The notes below the pieces were generated by a model, which saw nothing but the letters and a program-made list of their open reading frames with translations, was not told where the DNA came from and searched no databases. Source: an uncultured Pseudobdellovibrionaceae bacterium (GTDB lineage: Bacteria > Bdellovibrionota > FAC87 > UBA2466). From it: a stretch of 64,000 bases of DNA. The position numbers and the translations under genes were made by a program. Of this stretch, positions 46,892 through 56,879 are shown one piece after another. How positions within the stretch are numbered: the stretch's first letter is position 1; every line of letters starts with the position of its first letter. The DNA lies in NCBI GenBank assembly GCA_964396165.1, contig CAYNEF010000006.1, positions 3,505 to 67,504 on the forward strand, given 5' to 3'.

Positions 46892-49800
46892 ATGCGCTTT
46901 CATACTCGCTTACTAACATATGCGTACATCGTATTATCAGCCATTTCATTTACTGCGTTCGCTGCAGAAGCAGAATGCAAAGATGGCCTGTGCAGCCCAG
47001 CTTTATTAAATTTAAACCAACCAGGCAAAAAGGATGAAAGTCCGTTTGAAATCAATACGGTTCTTGGGAAAAGAAAACACGTTGAGTTTACTGATGAGAC
47101 GTGGGAGTTGCCAGTATTTTCTGAAGATGGCAGTGGACGATCTTACCCTAAAGAATGTTCTGCTCAACAAACGTACAAAGTCAGAACGCCTTTTCCTTTT
47201 GCAAAGCCAAAAGACAGATCAAAAGAACCCCTTCAAATAATGCTGAATCCCAGTCAAGATCCTTTGGTCGACCACTTGAGAGATTTGAAAGAACAAGACG
47301 AAGCAAAGTACCGCTATGAACACCCAACGGTTGAGCAAAAACTAAAAAGAGAAGCAGAACTTCTCCGTGACTTTGCCATAGCATTACAATGCCCACCCGA
47401 TTCTCACTTCATTCAAGATGTAATGACAAAACTTGCAGATTTGCAAAGAATCGAAATCATGCAACACACTCTGCTTTTAGATCGCAAAAATAGAACCGTC
47501 GGTTCATCCAGTGAATTAATCGATGCGATGATTACAGCAATTCCTCTTTTTCAAATTAAATCAAACTCTGTACGCGGAGCATGGTCAAATGCCATTACCG
47601 CGCAGGCAGAGCGCAACTTGGCTTTGGCCGACAAGATCAAAACGTCAGGATTTGGTGGCTACCTGGAACACAGAATTTTGCCGAACGAACCGATGACATT
47701 TAAAAGCCTAGAACACGAGATGAAAAATTACGATCAAAGGATGTACGATGAGTTCCAAGTAAAAATTGCTGAGCTCAATACAAAACATCGTACTACTGCA
47801 GAAGTTGATCCTACATCCCGCATTAAACTACTTGCGCATAATTTGGGACAAAAGCTACAAGCCTTAAAAACAAAGCAAATGAACCCCAATTTTACTGAAG
47901 ACGATTATGCTTCTCTAAAACTTTTAAACGGGCTTATTTCCCAACTATTTCACCAAGGTGATGAGTTGTTGGGCCAGCTGACCATGGCAGAATTACGCTT
48001 ATTATTGCACGGAGAAAAATTTAATTTGCCAGATAGTAATAAGGACCAAAAATTACTGGACCTTGCAAAAAGTTTGATGCCTGCAAAAGCAAATAATGTT
48101 GAAAAAAATATGTTGATGAATCTCGGCGATATCGCGGGATTTGTGAACCAGGTTGTCGCACAATCAGGCGGGCCGCTTTTGACACAAAAAATGTCGGTGT
48201 TTTCTTTCTCCCCTGATGAATCTATCAGTATGAGAAAGTTCCTCATTGCGCAGATTGAAAATCTACATATCAACCGGTCCTCACCATTACTAAGCGAAGT
48301 GGATGTTTCAAATCCCAGTAAAAGATTAGCTGCTAAAGCCGCATTAGAAAGAGTTTTAGATTTATTGGATAAAGGCGCACCTGAGTACGAATCGTCTGAC
48401 GAACTTCCCTTGGTAACGGATTATGCCTATGACCACTGGACTACTGCGGAAAAGTTAAATCATGAACGCAAAGGACGCCTTAAAGCTGCCGATCTTGTCA
48501 TGAAAAATTCGCCTATGAGCAAAGAGCAAGCGATAGCCACAGTTGATAAAGAAGTAGATTCGCTTGCAAAGATTGCGCAAAAATGGACTGGATATCCTAT
48601 CACGTCTGAAAACTACCGTGATCTGTACGCGCTGCCACAAGCTTTTCGACAGGATCTGATCGTGGGACTTTCGAACGCAAAAAACAAGAAAGAGGCAGAC
48701 CACGTGCTTGCTGCTGTCTTGAAACCTAGTGTGGATTCCTATTCAGACGCACTTACTTCCTCCGGCAAGAATACCTCCACCATACTTGATTCTATTGACA
48801 AAACATTTTTTGCTCACGGGCTTACTCGTAATATTCCAGGAGATCTATCCAAGATGACCTTGGAGCAGAAAAATGCACTGGCTGATTGGGCAGTGACTCA
48901 GCTTTCTGTGCCATCAACAAAAAAAGGGGAAGTGAAATTGAGAAACTTGCCCCCTGACGTACATTCTGCGCTTAACCTGCTTGTAAATTTACGCGAAGAG
49001 TGGGGACATACAGATAATGACTTGAGCTTACTGAGAACTTTTCGTGGTAAAGATGGCGTGAGAGGACTTGCGAGTTTCAATGTCGGTACTTATCTCGCTG
49101 AAAAAGAAGCAAGAAAGACAGCATCTAAAGAAAATATTGGTTTAGTGGATGAGTTAGTTAAATATGCAGATACAGAAGGCTTTGCTATCCCTAAAGCATC
49201 GCAATTAAGACTTCTTGGACTTGAAAACACGATTTTAACGATGCTTCAACACTTAAAAGGGATTGCTAAATCCAGAGGAATTCAAAAAGAATTTATTCAA
49301 TTGATGGTAGCCGCAGATCCCCTTGAAGTGACAAAGTTCTTTCAAAGACACGAGCCACGGCTGCTTAGTCTTTTAATCGAAAAAAATATTCTAAAGATTT
49401 CTGATGCTGAATTGGCAGCTAATCCAGCCGCTGCTCGTGCAAAAGAAGTGATGGAATTTGAAAAGAATGCAAAAAACTCCTTTGTGTTGGAAGCTCAAGG
49501 CACTCCCTTGCCTGAAGACAAACAACAACAAATCAATGCACAGTTTGATTTCCTCGGAAAACAATCTGCTCATCAGGAAGTTGCCGCAAATTTACAGATG
49601 CATCCAGGCTTGTTAAAAAGCCGCATTGACATGCTCAAGAAATCGGAAGAAGAAGGTAAAAAAATAGGGGCTGCCGATAAAAAGTTTCTTGAAGACTATT
49701 CCAGCCAAATGGAAGAACTTAGTCTTACACATCAAGAAAATATCATGAATAACTACCGCAAGCGTGCCGCGGAAGACCTTCTGACAAAAGCAAAATCTCC

Positions 49801-52800
49801 AGATGCTGTCAGGAAACAATTAGAAGGCATTTTAAAACCTGTCTTTGGAACGGATGCAGAACTAAATTCTGCTATTGATGGAATCATTGCATCTCGTAAA
49901 GACGAACAGATGATCACAAACAAATTGGCAGCTGAAATCGGCACTTTTTCTATTGGAAAAATCATTCCTAAAATCGGATTGAATGATGAGCCTTTGACGC
50001 AAGATGAACAAAATCAAATCGATGCGTTTGTTAAAGAAATACCAAAACTGCGCGACGGTTTATTAACAGAAAAATTGAACATCAACCGGGATATCAATGA
50101 AAAAGAATTACAAAGCGCGAAGGAAATTAACGAGGATGCCGCACGCATTTCCGAACATGGTCGCGAAAAAGACGATCATGGAATCATTCGTTACTGCCAA
50201 TGTGACGAATGTAAAGCACGCAAGTTGACACCTCGCCAAAGAGCGGAAGAAGCAAAAGCTAAGCTTGAACAGATGTCCTCTCGTTTTGACAAAATAAAAG
50301 AGGATCTCGATGCGGAAAGAACGGCTTTGCTTTCTGAAGTAAATAACAAGGAAGCGGCCTTGAATGAAATGTCTGAAGTGATCAAACAGACATACATGAA
50401 AAACTCTCTGATTGAACTATCGGCACGTGCCAAAAAAATGGTAGAGGACAAATTAGCACCGGAACTTGTTCAGTCAGGCCTTAAGGGAGATGAGCTTGAA
50501 AAACGCAAGCAAGTTTTGATTGGTTTAACACAAAACGCATTAATTGAACGCTTGCGCTTACAGCAATCAAGTGATTCTGCACAAGAGCTTCTCCATCCTA
50601 ATTTAGGTGGTGACGCACAAGATTCTCTTCTTGCAAAAAAAGTAGAAGAAACTTTGAAAAAAGAAATGACCTCGGGTGAAACCGCTATCAAAATGAACGA
50701 GGAACATGCAGTAGCCCAAATCCAAAGTTCCAAAAACAAGGCGAGAGAAATCCAAAGCAAGAACGATGCAGAAGTAAAAAGACTGCTTACTATCTTAAAA
50801 CCACTCGATATGAAATTTGATGGAGAGTGCAATTTTGACAACGCAAAGCTTTGGTTGCTCAGCGAAACCAATCCTCCTACACCAACTCCTTGGAGCGACA
50901 CTCGCCATCCTCTTTCAAGTGATGCTAAAAAATTAATCGAAGCCTTGCACGAAATTGGAAAATATTCGATTTCCAAAACAGATTGCTACGATTTCTTAGT
51001 GGCAAAAACGAAAGACATGGTATTGGAGCGAAAACAATTAATCGATAACAGACAAACGGTAGCTACCCAAGATGGATTGAAAGCAAAGCGTAATTCGCGT
51101 TTGATCGAACTTTTTGAAAGCGGAGAAGGGGCCATGATCCAAAATCCCTACGCAATGGCTGGCTTGACTGGTTTAAAACCTGAGGAAGGTGCAGAGGTGA
51201 TCTTTTGGAATAAAGAACCGCTGCAAAAAGCTGCTCAACAAGCAATTATAGATAATGAAAAAATCATCGAAAATGAATGGTATCAGGATTATGTCAATGC
51301 AGAGCATTTTAAACGACGCAATATGAATATGGTTCAGGGGTTTGTGGAAAATGCACGTGATGTAGGTTTAGCCAGTGCGTACGATAGAACTCTTGCGACA
51401 AAAGAAAGAGAGTCTTATTGGAGTTATCCTTTCTGGTGGGCGCTTCGCAAAGGGGAGCAAATTACACCTAACTTCGTAGGCAACAGTATTGATTATCTCA
51501 GTCGTAGCAGTACGAAGAATGTAGATAACGTAGTAGAAATGTCCGGCGGTCAGAACGCGTACTACAGCAGAGGTGAAGAACTACAAAATAAAGTTTACCG
51601 TAACGCCCGCATTTTACAGTCCTCTGGAGATGTTTCTGTAACAATGGATGATTACCTATTTGGTAAGCAAGCAACAACTGCGGCTCATGCCTCTGACATC
51701 GAATTGCAAAAAAATAAGAAAATGTCGGAACAGTGGAATGCCCTTATCGCAGGGGATATGAATCACTATGCGCTGACAGAAGATATCGCCTGGAGCGCCG
51801 CAATTACTGCTGCTTCAATGGGTACTAGTGCTTATATTCAGACTCTTGTAAACGCCGGTAGATTTGCAGAAGCAGCTAAAACGCTGCAAATGATCCAAAA
51901 CTGGGACAAATTATCCAAGGCAGAAAGAGCTAGCATCACCTTAAAAGCTTCTTTGCAGGCTCGTGCTCTTGGTATGTTTACGACAGTGGGAGATGCAAGC
52001 ACTCTTGCGAATTCTGGCCTAAGAGCAGTAGGCAATGGAAAACTGGTAAACGGAATGCTTCACGGAGCTAAGGCCGGTATTCCCATGGTGCTTTCGGAAG
52101 TGGGCTACCACCATTTCAAAGAAAATATGGATGAAGAAATCCATAAAAAAGTTTTGGAAGCTCAAAAAACAGGTAAACAAGTTACCTTGACTGACTGGGA
52201 TTATAAAAAGTTGTTTATTGATGCAGACAAAATCAACAAATTCCTGATTGCACGACAAGGACTGAATCAGGATGGAACAGCACTTTCTGAAATAGAAGAT
52301 CAGGACTTGGAAGTTTCCAAGCATTTGGAAGTTCCTTATGCATTCATGGATAAAAATGGTGATGGAAAAGTCGACGCCACTTTCGTTCCTCAAGTAGAAG
52401 ACTATGGTAAATACATACAATCCTTTCACCATGGGTACAGACTGTTCGGTATTTCCAAGTCTTTAATGCCAAGTGGTGCAATTGCACGCAGCTTGGATGC
52501 GATAAAAGCACCGAAAGCCCTACAAGGTTTTGCAGAACTTTATGCCGCAGCAGAAACAAACAATATATTTGATAATTACAACAGTGCACACGGTCCCAAT
52601 AAAGATTTCTGGAGCTGGGACTCTTTCGCCGACAGACAAATCAATAACGTTCACACTGCTGTTTGGGGATTAACCGGAGCAGCTACTCAAAACGTAAGAA
52701 GCGTTCCGATGCAGATCGCAGTTGGATACGGAGTTAACGGTGGTGTAAATGTACTCAGTACCGCAGCAGATAGATTGCAAAACGGATGGGGCATGACAGA

Positions 52801-54769
52801 TGATCCAGAAAAAGGATTGTTTAGTCGTTTGAGTGATTACTGGAACAACGGCTACACTGTTTTGGGTGATGGCGGAATTGAGAGAGATATTGGTAAAGCA
52901 ATTTCCCATAAACTCGCAAGTACTGCAGCGATGGATTTATGGTTCAGCGCAGGCCACTCTTTGATGAATTCAAAGCAGACCCGTGCTACTAACGAAGCAC
53001 GTGGGACCTTACAAAAATTCTTAGCAAGCAACAGAGAAACGAAAGTAGTTGCTGTTGAAGAAGCACATAAGCTCGACATTGCTAGCAATGTAACCAAACT
53101 CTCAGAAATGCCTCTGATTCCTGAATACGTTAAAAACCCAGTGTTTGATAACAGCAAAGAAGCCAATCTTCGTGCAAAACCTGACATGAATAAGCGACTG
53201 ACAGGCGACGCACTTCAAACAAGAAGAACGCTTGAATACTTCGCAGAAAAAAGCGGCTTAACGCCGAAGTTAAATCCTGGTGTGGTAGATCGCATGGTAA
53301 AAGAATACCAAAATGCGAAGAGCGCTCCGGATTCCGCTACACGCAACCAAACGCTTGCTCAATTTGTTGCTAAATTTAAGTCTAAAGAATTAGCAGCTGA
53401 AAGAGAAAAAATCTATAATTTGCCATCTATAGATGCGCAACTGTTAGGTGGAGCATTGATCGATAAACCAGGAGAAAGAGACAACAGCATTGTGGCGAAC
53501 ACTCAAGTGGCTCGCGATAGAAAAAATCTGCAAATGACTCTTCCACACCGTCCGGAACTTTACATGAGTCTTGAAGTGGGCAAACTCGATAACAGATTCA
53601 GATATCTCGTAAATGCAATCGGTCGTTTACCAGCTTCACAAATCAAAGAAGAGCACCAGAATAAATTTTCGAATGAGTTTGAAGCGTACAGAACAAAAAA
53701 TCCTGGTAAGACGATGATGGATTACTTAATGGATTTCAAAGTGGCAAATAACTACGAAGGTTTTACGCCACGTGATTTCAATTGGTCCTCACCTACTGTT
53801 AACAAATGGGCGAACACAATTGAGCGCACAAGACAGCAAAGAAAAGACAAAGCTGAAGCACGTGAACTTGCCGAAGCTGAACGCGCAGGTACAAAGCAGG
53901 CTTTTGCTCCTACAACAGTAACAAAAGGTACTACTAATTCCAACGTACCTTCTTACACATACAATGCTGAAGGCGTGAAGGGTCGCATTGAAGGTTCTGA
54001 TGGAATGGTTGTGAGATCTGGAGATGGGCATATCGTATTTGCTGTGGAATCCTGGGGACAAGGTTTCATTCCAGGTACAAACGGAAATGGGCATGCTGTT
54101 GTGAAAACACCTCAAGCCGTTGTTGAAGGAACTATTGAACCTGTCACGACTGTAAACGGTGGAACTACAAAATACCCACAATTCAAAATCGTTGGTAAAA
54201 ACGGTGAAACGTTAGCAGCTGTCGACTTTAAAATCGCACCAGATAACAACGGAACAATTGCGGAAATCAGAGTTGCCAATACGAATGAAACAGCCAAAGT
54301 AGCATTACAGGAAAAACCGAAAGTGTTCCGCTCACAAATGGCTCCAAGTTTGGCAGCTGTTTATGAAGGAATTGCTCTCGAAGAACCTATTCCCAGAGGC
54401 ACTACACGTGTGAATGAAACCGGAAAATATACTACGGGCACTGTGCTGAGAAGCGAACCGGGTGTAGAAGGAAACAGAAAAACTGCAGGGTATGAAAGTT
54501 CTGACGGGCTTATTAAACTTGTCTGGAAAATTTCTGCAAATCCAAAGGCGGATCAATTAATCACTGTAACGATCCCTGAAGGAGAAACTTTTACGGCAAT
54601 TGCGGCGCCAAAAACGACTCAGAGCGGTGCAAGTGGAGGTGAAGAACAAGTACTTCTTGATGCCACAACCCGTCAGGAAATCGGAAAAATTACTTTCAGA
54701 AAAGGAAATAAAAACAGAATAATAGTAAAAATGAACGATGGCAGAAATGTTTCTTCGTTCATCCAATAA
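46892..54769 (+). CDS. giant secreted protein (2,625 aa), no recognisable family
   Basis: Uninterrupted 7.9-kb ORF; GAGGT RBS; signal peptide ...SFTAFA/AE; long helical K/E/L-rich N-terminal 1,600 aa; Gly/Ala-rich hydrophobic segments; beta-rich C-terminal about 280 aa. Confidence 0.85.
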   Translation: MRFHTRLLTYAYIVLSAISFTAFAAEAECKDGLCSPALLNLNQPGKKDESPFEINTVLGKRKHVEFTDETWELPVFSEDGSGRSYPKECSAQQTYKVRTPFPFAKPKDRSKEPLQIMLNPSQDPLVDHLRDLKEQDEAKYRYEHPTVEQKLKREAELLRDFAIALQCPPDSHFIQDVMTKLADLQRIEIMQHTLLLDRKNRTVGSSSELIDAMITAIPLFQIKSNSVRGAWSNAITAQAERNLALADKIKTSGFGGYLEHRILPNEPMTFKSLEHEMKNYDQRMYDEFQVKIAELNTKHRTTAEVDPTSRIKLLAHNLGQKLQALKTKQMNPNFTEDDYASLKLLNGLISQLFHQGDELLGQLTMAELRLLLHGEKFNLPDSNKDQKLLDLAKSLMPAKANNVEKNMLMNLGDIAGFVNQVVAQSGGPLLTQKMSVFSFSPDESISMRKFLIAQIENLHINRSSPLLSEVDVSNPSKRLAAKAALERVLDLLDKGAPEYESSDELPLVTDYAYDHWTTAEKLNHERKGRLKAADLVMKNSPMSKEQAIATVDKEVDSLAKIAQKWTGYPITSENYRDLYALPQAFRQDLIVGLSNAKNKKEADHVLAAVLKPSVDSYSDALTSSGKNTSTILDSIDKTFFAHGLTRNIPGDLSKMTLEQKNALADWAVTQLSVPSTKKGEVKLRNLPPDVHSALNLLVNLREEWGHTDNDLSLLRTFRGKDGVRGLASFNVGTYLAEKEARKTASKENIGLVDELVKYADTEGFAIPKASQLRLLGLENTILTMLQHLKGIAKSRGIQKEFIQLMVAADPLEVTKFFQRHEPRLLSLLIEKNILKISDAELAANPAAARAKEVMEFEKNAKNSFVLEAQGTPLPEDKQQQINAQFDFLGKQSAHQEVAANLQMHPGLLKSRIDMLKKSEEEGKKIGAADKKFLEDYSSQMEELSLTHQENIMNNYRKRAAEDLLTKAKSPDAVRKQLEGILKPVFGTDAELNSAIDGIIASRKDEQMITNKLAAEIGTFSIGKIIPKIGLNDEPLTQDEQNQIDAFVKEIPKLRDGLLTEKLNINRDINEKELQSAKEINEDAARISEHGREKDDHGIIRYCQCDECKARKLTPRQRAEEAKAKLEQMSSRFDKIKEDLDAERTALLSEVNNKEAALNEMSEVIKQTYMKNSLIELSARAKKMVEDKLAPELVQSGLKGDELEKRKQVLIGLTQNALIERLRLQQSSDSAQELLHPNLGGDAQDSLLAKKVEETLKKEMTSGETAIKMNEEHAVAQIQSSKNKAREIQSKNDAEVKRLLTILKPLDMKFDGECNFDNAKLWLLSETNPPTPTPWSDTRHPLSSDAKKLIEALHEIGKYSISKTDCYDFLVAKTKDMVLERKQLIDNRQTVATQDGLKAKRNSRLIELFESGEGAMIQNPYAMAGLTGLKPEEGAEVIFWNKEPLQKAAQQAIIDNEKIIENEWYQDYVNAEHFKRRNMNMVQGFVENARDVGLASAYDRTLATKERESYWSYPFWWALRKGEQITPNFVGNSIDYLSRSSTKNVDNVVEMSGGQNAYYSRGEELQNKVYRNARILQSSGDVSVTMDDYLFGKQATTAAHASDIELQKNKKMSEQWNALIAGDMNHYALTEDIAWSAAITAASMGTSAYIQTLVNAGRFAEAAKTLQMIQNWDKLSKAERASITLKASLQARALGMFTTVGDASTLANSGLRAVGNGKLVNGMLHGAKAGIPMVLSEVGYHHFKENMDEEIHKKVLEAQKTGKQVTLTDWDYKKLFIDADKINKFLIARQGLNQDGTALSEIEDQDLEVSKHLEVPYAFMDKNGDGKVDATFVPQVEDYGKYIQSFHHGYRLFGISKSLMPSGAIARSLDAIKAPKALQGFAELYAAAETNNIFDNYNSAHGPNKDFWSWDSFADRQINNVHTAVWGLTGAATQNVRSVPMQIAVGYGVNGGVNVLSTAADRLQNGWGMTDDPEKGLFSRLSDYWNNGYTVLGDGGIERDIGKAISHKLASTAAMDLWFSAGHSLMNSKQTRATNEARGTLQKFLASNRETKVVAVEEAHKLDIASNVTKLSEMPLIPEYVKNPVFDNSKEANLRAKPDMNKRLTGDALQTRRTLEYFAEKSGLTPKLNPGVVDRMVKEYQNAKSAPDSATRNQTLAQFVAKFKSKELAAEREKIYNLPSIDAQLLGGALIDKPGERDNSIVANTQVARDRKNLQMTLPHRPELYMSLEVGKLDNRFRYLVNAIGRLPASQIKEEHQNKFSNEFEAYRTKNPGKTMMDYLMDFKVANNYEGFTPRDFNWSSPTVNKWANTIERTRQQRKDKAEARELAEAERAGTKQAFAPTTVTKGTTNSNVPSYTYNAEGVKGRIEGSDGMVVRSGDGHIVFAVESWGQGFIPGTNGNGHAVVKTPQAVVEGTIEPVTTVNGGTTKYPQFKIVGKNGETLAAVDFKIAPDNNGTIAEIRVANTNETAKVALQEKPKVFRSQMAPSLAAVYEGIALEEPIPRGTTRVNETGKYTTGTVLRSEPGVEGNRKTAGYESSDGLIKLVWKISANPKADQLITVTIPEGETFTAIAAPKTTQSGASGGEEQVLLDATTRQEIGKITFRKGNKNRIIVKMNDGRNVSSFIQ

Positions 54770-54784
54770 TGTTAAACTGTTGGG

Positions 54785-55936
54785 ATGAAAAAAATCCTCT
54801 TTTTGATTACGTTGGTTATTGCAGGTTGTGCAACACAGCAACTGCAAAAAACAGAACTGCCGGCAAATTCTACGACTATTCTATTCTCTGCGAATAGAAA
54901 TTTGGAATTTGAACCTTGTGGTTGTTCGATGTCTCCACAAGGCGGTTTGGTCAGAGAGTGGAACTATCTTCAGGCAGTTAAAAAGAGTAATCCCTCTGCC
55001 TTTTATCTTGTGTCTGGCACTTCATTTTATCCAGAGTTAGGTCAATACGAATCAAAAGAAAAAAAGAGTTACTTTTTAAAAGCAGGGTATATCGCCGAGG
55101 CTTTTAAAAAAATGGGAGTGGATGTAGTGGGACTCTCCGATGAAGATTTGCGTTTGGGACTTTCTTCTTTGAAAAAACTCGCTTCTCAATACCACTTGGA
55201 TTTTATTTCTACGAACATTATAGACAAAAAAACAAAGGCTCCTCTGTTTTCACCTTATAAAAAAGTAAGCCGTAACGGTGCTACTTTTTATATTTTGTCA
55301 CTCACATCGGATGAAGGTGTTTTGCCCGCTAAATCTGGTGTGATGATTCAGTCACCTGAAATTGCTTTGCAAGAGTGGTTGGGGAAAATTCCGCAAGATG
55401 GATACGTCGTTGTGCTCTCTACCCTTTCTAAAATTGATAGGGATCCGTTAGTGCAGAAATTTACTGGCGTGCATCTATTTTTGGGGGGGCAGAGAAGAGA
55501 AGATATTCCAGGACGCTTTACACAAAATACGGTTTCCACTTTATTTGCTAACCAAAGCGGAGGAGGAAAAAGTATTTATCAAATCACTTTATCTTCTCCT
55601 GCACCCAAAAAGAGATTTTATAATGCAAACATTGTAAGAGAATATGCGGAGTTAAGGACATATTGGGAGGAAAACCTCGAGACTTACCAAAGAGAAATCG
55701 CTTCCAAGCAAAACGAAAAAAAACGAGCTTCTTTACAAGCCAGTATCGAGCAGCTTCGTACAAACCTGAAATTGTCGAAAGATATTATTGTAAATCCGGA
55801 CGAACAGTCTGTTTTGTATGATTACAAACTTGTGGAATTGGGTCCCTCCTTCGATAACGAAGATGCTACACAAAACCCTATGTACGACTTGATAGAGCGC
55901 AAGAAAGAAAGCGTCAGGCAGTCGATGTTGCGATAG
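54785..55936 (+). CDS. lipoprotein resembling a 5'-nucleotidase/metallophosphatase N-domain with metal ligands replaced (EPCGC motif)
   Basis: 383 aa; lipobox VIAGC; ILFSANRNLEFEPCGC, GGLVRE, VVGLSDEDLRLG and DFISTNIID mirror the order of UshA-type motifs but lack DxH/GD/GNHE ligands; 15-nt gap after the giant ORF. Confidence 0.4.
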   Translation: MKKILFLITLVIAGCATQQLQKTELPANSTTILFSANRNLEFEPCGCSMSPQGGLVREWNYLQAVKKSNPSAFYLVSGTSFYPELGQYESKEKKSYFLKAGYIAEAFKKMGVDVVGLSDEDLRLGLSSLKKLASQYHLDFISTNIIDKKTKAPLFSPYKKVSRNGATFYILSLTSDEGVLPAKSGVMIQSPEIALQEWLGKIPQDGYVVVLSTLSKIDRDPLVQKFTGVHLFLGGQRREDIPGRFTQNTVSTLFANQSGGGKSIYQITLSSPAPKKRFYNANIVREYAELRTYWEENLETYQREIASKQNEKKRASLQASIEQLRTNLKLSKDIIVNPDEQSVLYDYKLVELGPSFDNEDATQNPMYDLIERKKESVRQSMLR

Positions 55937-56124
55937 GTAGTCATTTAACCCTTAAAAGGCATCCTCACAATTTTCTCACTCGTTTTAGCTAACGTGTCTT
56001 CACAATCTTCACAATTTGGTAGGTGAGCGCGCCAAAACTCTAAATTGGAAGCGTGCTCCTATTCCCACATAATGTATACGAGATGAATACATTATTACGA
56101 AATTCAATATTCCAGGAGAAGCTC

Positions 56125-56649
56125 ATGAAACGAATGAAAATGAAACACCTCAGACTGACTTTGTTTTTGGTAACGATTCTAAACTACCCGCTTGCCTTTG
56201 CAGGAGAACCAGCCAGCCGTACGGGCAGTGTGGGCGCGGCCCAGGCAATCCAAAATCAGAGTGCCATTCGCTACGGTAAGATAGCGGAAGAAGAATTGAA
56301 AGCAGCACAAGATGCAGATAAGAAAATGAAAAATGCTACAAACAAGGCAGATGTAGAGAAGTATAAAAAAGAGAGAGACGAACATCTGAAGAAATATGAA
56401 CAGGCCTCTGGACAAGCTATGAGTGACATTGCGTACGAACGTAGTAACAGCGGTATTAAGGACTTGCTTCGTACAAATGAAACACCCAATATTGATCTTA
56501 GCACGACTCCTGGTGGCTTGCCTGGGCCGCATAACCCATTGCCCTCTGGTAACAGTCCACCTACTACTGTTCCCCCCCAATTCGGACGTTTAGAATCCGT
56601 AGATCTTTTTCCTCCAAACTTTCCGGACTTAATTGATTTAGGCAAGTAA
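56125..56649 (+). CDS. secreted protein with K/E-rich middle and Pro-rich C-terminus
   Basis: Start set at ATG 56125 (AGGAGA RBS); signal peptide MKRMKMKHLRLTLFLVTILNYPLAFA. Confidence 0.55.
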   Translation: MKRMKMKHLRLTLFLVTILNYPLAFAGEPASRTGSVGAAQAIQNQSAIRYGKIAEEELKAAQDADKKMKNATNKADVEKYKKERDEHLKKYEQASGQAMSDIAYERSNSGIKDLLRTNETPNIDLSTTPGGLPGPHNPLPSGNSPPTTVPPQFGRLESVDLFPPNFPDLIDLGK

Positions 56650-56688
56650 CGTTCTGTTTTAGTTCAGTGCATAGATGCGATCAGCTTG

Positions 56689-56757
56689 ATTACCGCGTCC
56701 TTCGGCCTCGCAATGACGATCCCCCCGGATTGCCACGCACTTCGTGCTCGCAATGAC
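56689..56757 (+). repeat. tandem doublet of REP cores (56689-56717, 56729-56757)
   Basis: ATTACCGCGTCCTTCGGCCTCGCAATGAC and ATTGCCACGCACTTCGTGCTCGCAATGAC, same orientation, 11-nt spacer. Confidence 0.85.
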
Positions 56758-56879
56758 CTCCCCTCCGAATAAGCAATTTACCCCTGTCTAATCTTTTGAC
56801 AGTTTCTCTGACCTAGACACTAAAAACCCGCATTTTGTGCCTGAAATCAGTGGTATATGGCTTGCAATCTAATAGGCAT

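Noticed and set aside
47181-54847. About 20 antisense or alternate-frame ORFs of 60-168 aa inside the giant gene (for example 50470-50976, 52019-52432, 53789-54181)
   Set aside because: These are expected by chance opposite a 7.9-kb K/E-rich ORF. None has an RBS or recognisable sequence.
56179-56645. Two minus-strand ORFs (133 and 124 aa) opposite the 56125-56649 gene
   Set aside because: They are antisense artefacts. The plus-strand ORF has an AGGAGA RBS and a signal peptide.
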